The notes beneath the pieces were generated by a model. The model was not told the origin of the DNA. It made no database searches and saw only the letters and a program-made list of their open reading frames with translations. A stretch of 64,000 nucleotides of DNA from a candidate division FCPU426 bacterium (GTDB lineage: Bacteria > Oederibacteriota > Muellerivitia > Muellerivitales > Muellerivitaceae), in NCBI GenBank assembly GCA_963847625.1, contig CAWKAR010000027.1, forward strand, positions 160,001-224,000, read 5' to 3'. Positions 61,661 through 64,000 of this stretch are shown here, piece by piece. The position numbers and the translations under genes are program-made. The first letter of the stretch is position 1, and every line of letters starts with the position of its first letter.

Positions 61661-62513
61661 AAAAGCCCTCGGCCGAGGGTTGGAAGCCCTCATTCCGAAA
61701 AAGACTTCCGACGATAAAAAAGGGCATGCCCTGCAGATTCCCGTATCCCAAGTCCAGCCCAATCCTTTCCAACCCCGTAAAATATTCCGACCCGAAGAAC
61801 TGCAGGAATTGATCCATTCCATCCGGGAGAAGGGAATTCTCCAGCCGATCCTGGTGCGAAAAAAGGGGGAACATTGGGAAATCATCGCGGGGGAACGCCG
61901 GTTCCGGGCCGTGCAAAAATTGGGCATGCTGACCATTCCCGCCGTCGAAGTCCAGGTTTCCGACGTGGAGGTCCTGGAAATGGCTTTGGTGGAAAACCTC
62001 CAGCGCACCGACCTTTCCCCCCTGGAAGAGGCCGCGGGTTATCACCGGCTCCAGGAAGAATTCAACATGACCCAGGAGCAAATAGCCCAGAAGGTCGGCA
62101 AGGACCGTGCCACCGTGGCCAATACCTTGCGCCTCCTGAAGCTGACGCCCGAAGTCCAGTCTCTTCTTTCCTCCGGCCAACTCACAGCGGGTCACGCGCG
62201 CGTACTCGCGGCTCTTTCAACACCCCAGGAACAACTGAAATGGGCGAAAAAAATTTCTCAACAAGGATTGCCCGTGCGGGATGTGGAGAAATGGCTGCAA
62301 AACCAAAAAGGCCCGGTGAAAAAAACAAAATCCTCAAGCGGCCCAAAGGACCCAAACTTGACAAAATTGGAGGAAAACCTCCGCAATTGGCTTGGTACGA
62401 AAGTTTCCATCAAGGCCCTTGGGAAACAAAAGGGAACAATTTATTTGGAATATTATTCCCTGGATGATTTGGACCGGATTTTGAATTTGTTCCGCAAGGC
62501 CGGCTACCGTTGA
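61653..62513 (+). CDS. parB: Chromosome partitioning protein ParB/Spo0J
   Basis: LGRGL..L, NPFQPR, AGERR.RA, ENLQR.DL, HTH. Confidence 0.96.
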   Translation: MAKKALGRGLEALIPKKTSDDKKGHALQIPVSQVQPNPFQPRKIFRPEELQELIHSIREKGILQPILVRKKGEHWEIIAGERRFRAVQKLGMLTIPAVEVQVSDVEVLEMALVENLQRTDLSPLEEAAGYHRLQEEFNMTQEQIAQKVGKDRATVANTLRLLKLTPEVQSLLSSGQLTAGHARVLAALSTPQEQLKWAKKISQQGLPVRDVEKWLQNQKGPVKKTKSSSGPKDPNLTKLEENLRNWLGTKVSIKALGKQKGTIYLEYYSLDDLDRILNLFRKAGYR

Positions 62514-62605
62514 CATTCGAAGTGAATGTGTTAAATTATTTTCAGCAAAGAATATTTGTTCGGGATTGATCCCTCCCTAAATGCACCCTTTCCAAGGAGT
62601 GAAAA

Positions 62606-62890
62606 GTGCCCCAGACTGCGGCGGAGATCATAGCGAAAAAAATCGAGATGGAAACCAAGCGGCTTGCGCCACAAGCCGTCTTCCGGGTGGATTACTCCAA
62701 TTACCATGATGACGGCGTGGATATTTACTTGTACGCCCCCCGGAAGGTGTCCGACATATTGAGGGGCAGGCTGAAAGGGTTGATGGATGGGGAGTTGAGA
62801 AGGGTTAAACACGTACGAGCCCGGTTGCTCATGGAAGACATCGAGAATATGACCGAGGAAGCCAAGAAAAAATACGGAATAGCTGTTTAA
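62606..62890 (+). CDS. Hypothetical protein
   Basis: AAGGAG RBS, GTG start, 94 aa. Confidence 0.6.
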   Translation: MPQTAAEIIAKKIEMETKRLAPQAVFRVDYSNYHDDGVDIYLYAPRKVSDILRGRLKGLMDGELRRVKHVRARLLMEDIENMTEEAKKKYGIAV

Positions 62891-63141
62891 CTTTTCCTAA
62901 AAACGTTTCATGAGTTTCCCTTTTGAGATGCGAACCCAAAAACCCTTCCTAGCTTGCCCTTAAATAGTTCTTTTTCCGCCTGAATCCCCATGGAAAAACC
63001 ATACCCTTTTCATGATGAATCGGGGTCTTGACTATGTTTTCAGCGGGGGTAACATGCCCCCGGTCTTATTTTCTTAATGGTAAGTCTGAAGAAAACCGCC
63101 AGGCAAAAATCATCAAATCATTACTTTTGGAAGACTTTTAA

Positions 63142-64000
63142 ATGCCAAAACCTCGTTTATTCCTCCTGGATGGAGCCGCGCTGGCATACCGGGCCTACTT
63201 CGCCTTCATTAAAAACCCTCTCACCAACGCCAATAGCTTGAATACCTCCGCGGTATTTGGATTTTTAAACATTCTCCTGAGCTTATTGGAAAAGGAAAAA
63301 CCCGAGTATTTCGCAGTCATTTTCGACTCCCGCGAACCCACATTCCGGCATAAACGGTACAAGGAATATAAGGCCACCCGGGAAAAAATGCCCGAAGACA
63401 TGGCAGAATCGCTTCCTTATATCGACAAAGTGGTCAAGGCCTTGAATATCCCGGCGCTCGTCCTGCCCGGTTTCGAGGCCGACGACTTGATTGGCACGCT
63501 GGTGGCCCGCGCGAAAGAGGAGGAAATCCAAAGTTTTATTGTGTCCGGGGACAAGGACTTCATGCAACTCATCGGCCCCGACGTGAAGATGTACAACCCG
63601 AGGAAACCGGACGATATGGTGGTCGTGGATGAGAAGGGTGTCCTGGAAAAATTCGGGGTCAGGCCCGACCAGGTCATCGACGTCCTGGCCCTCATGGGGG
63701 ACGCCTCCGACAACGTGCCAGGAGTTCCGGGGATCGGCGAAAAAACCGCTTCGGCGCTGATCAACGAGTTCGGTTCCCTGGACAACCTGTTCAAGAACGC
63801 GGAAAAAATCTCCAAGCCCAAACTGAAAGAAACCCTCCTGAAGAACAAACCCCTGGCCGACCTTTCCAAGGAACTGGTCACGATCGATTGCCAAGTGCCC
63901 CTGAAGGAAAAACTGGAGGATTTGGTTTGCGGCAAGCCGGATCTGGACGAGATCAAGGAAATATTCAAGGAGCTGGAGTTCAACCGGCTCTTCACCCGTG
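63142..64000 (+). CDS. polA: DNA polymerase I, 5'-3' exonuclease domain (runs off window end)
   Basis: MPKPRLFLLDG..LAYRAYFA, YKATR, FEADD, SGDKD, GDASDNVPGVPGIGEKTA. Confidence 0.95.
   Translation, partial: MPKPRLFLLDGAALAYRAYFAFIKNPLTNANSLNTSAVFGFLNILLSLLEKEKPEYFAVIFDSREPTFRHKRYKEYKATREKMPEDMAESLPYIDKVVKALNIPALVLPGFEADDLIGTLVARAKEEEIQSFIVSGDKDFMQLIGPDVKMYNPRKPDDMVVVDEKGVLEKFGVRPDQVIDVLALMGDASDNVPGVPGIGEKTASALINEFGSLDNLFKNAEKISKPKLKETLLKNKPLADLSKELVTIDCQVPLKEKLEDLVCGKPDLDEIKEIFKELEFNRLFTR

Noticed and set aside
60880..63140. parS site or replication origin near parAB
   Set aside because: No TGTTTCACGTGAAACA-like palindrome or DnaA-box cluster seen

Overview
Mostly housekeeping chromosome from a diderm bacterium, with nearly all genes on the + strand. 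Core genes include PGM/PMM, cutA, mfd, three SurA/PrsA-like chaperones, argJ, thiL, tsaE-tsaB-rimI, a complete F1Fo atp operon, acpS, nnr, a glycosylation/radical-SAM cluster, parAB and the 5' part of polA. An accessory zone (~18.5-33.4 kb) holds repeat-rich spacers, small detox-like genes, a Thr/Pro-linker NHL lipoprotein and three adjacent IS elements (IS3, IS30, IS1380). Features missed by the ORF track: (1) a ~75-bp double-hairpin mini-element in 5 copies with TGCC..GGCA ends, covarying stems and a 2-bp TG/TA duplication, inserted into other palindromic repeats; (2) a ~175-nt multi-stem candidate ncRNA between pilB and the surA cluster; (3) a stand-alone 52-aa HxxxCxxC zinc-finger gene with a sigma54-type promoter and terminator; (4) a Clp-fold (SDH) protease gene remnant that can be rebuilt across two IS insertions; (5) a 243-bp MITE with perfect TIRs and an 8-bp TSD. 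Also notable are a SurA/parvulin-beta-barrel fusion and a pilB frameshifted at a G-tract. All family calls come from motif recognition by eye; no searches were run.
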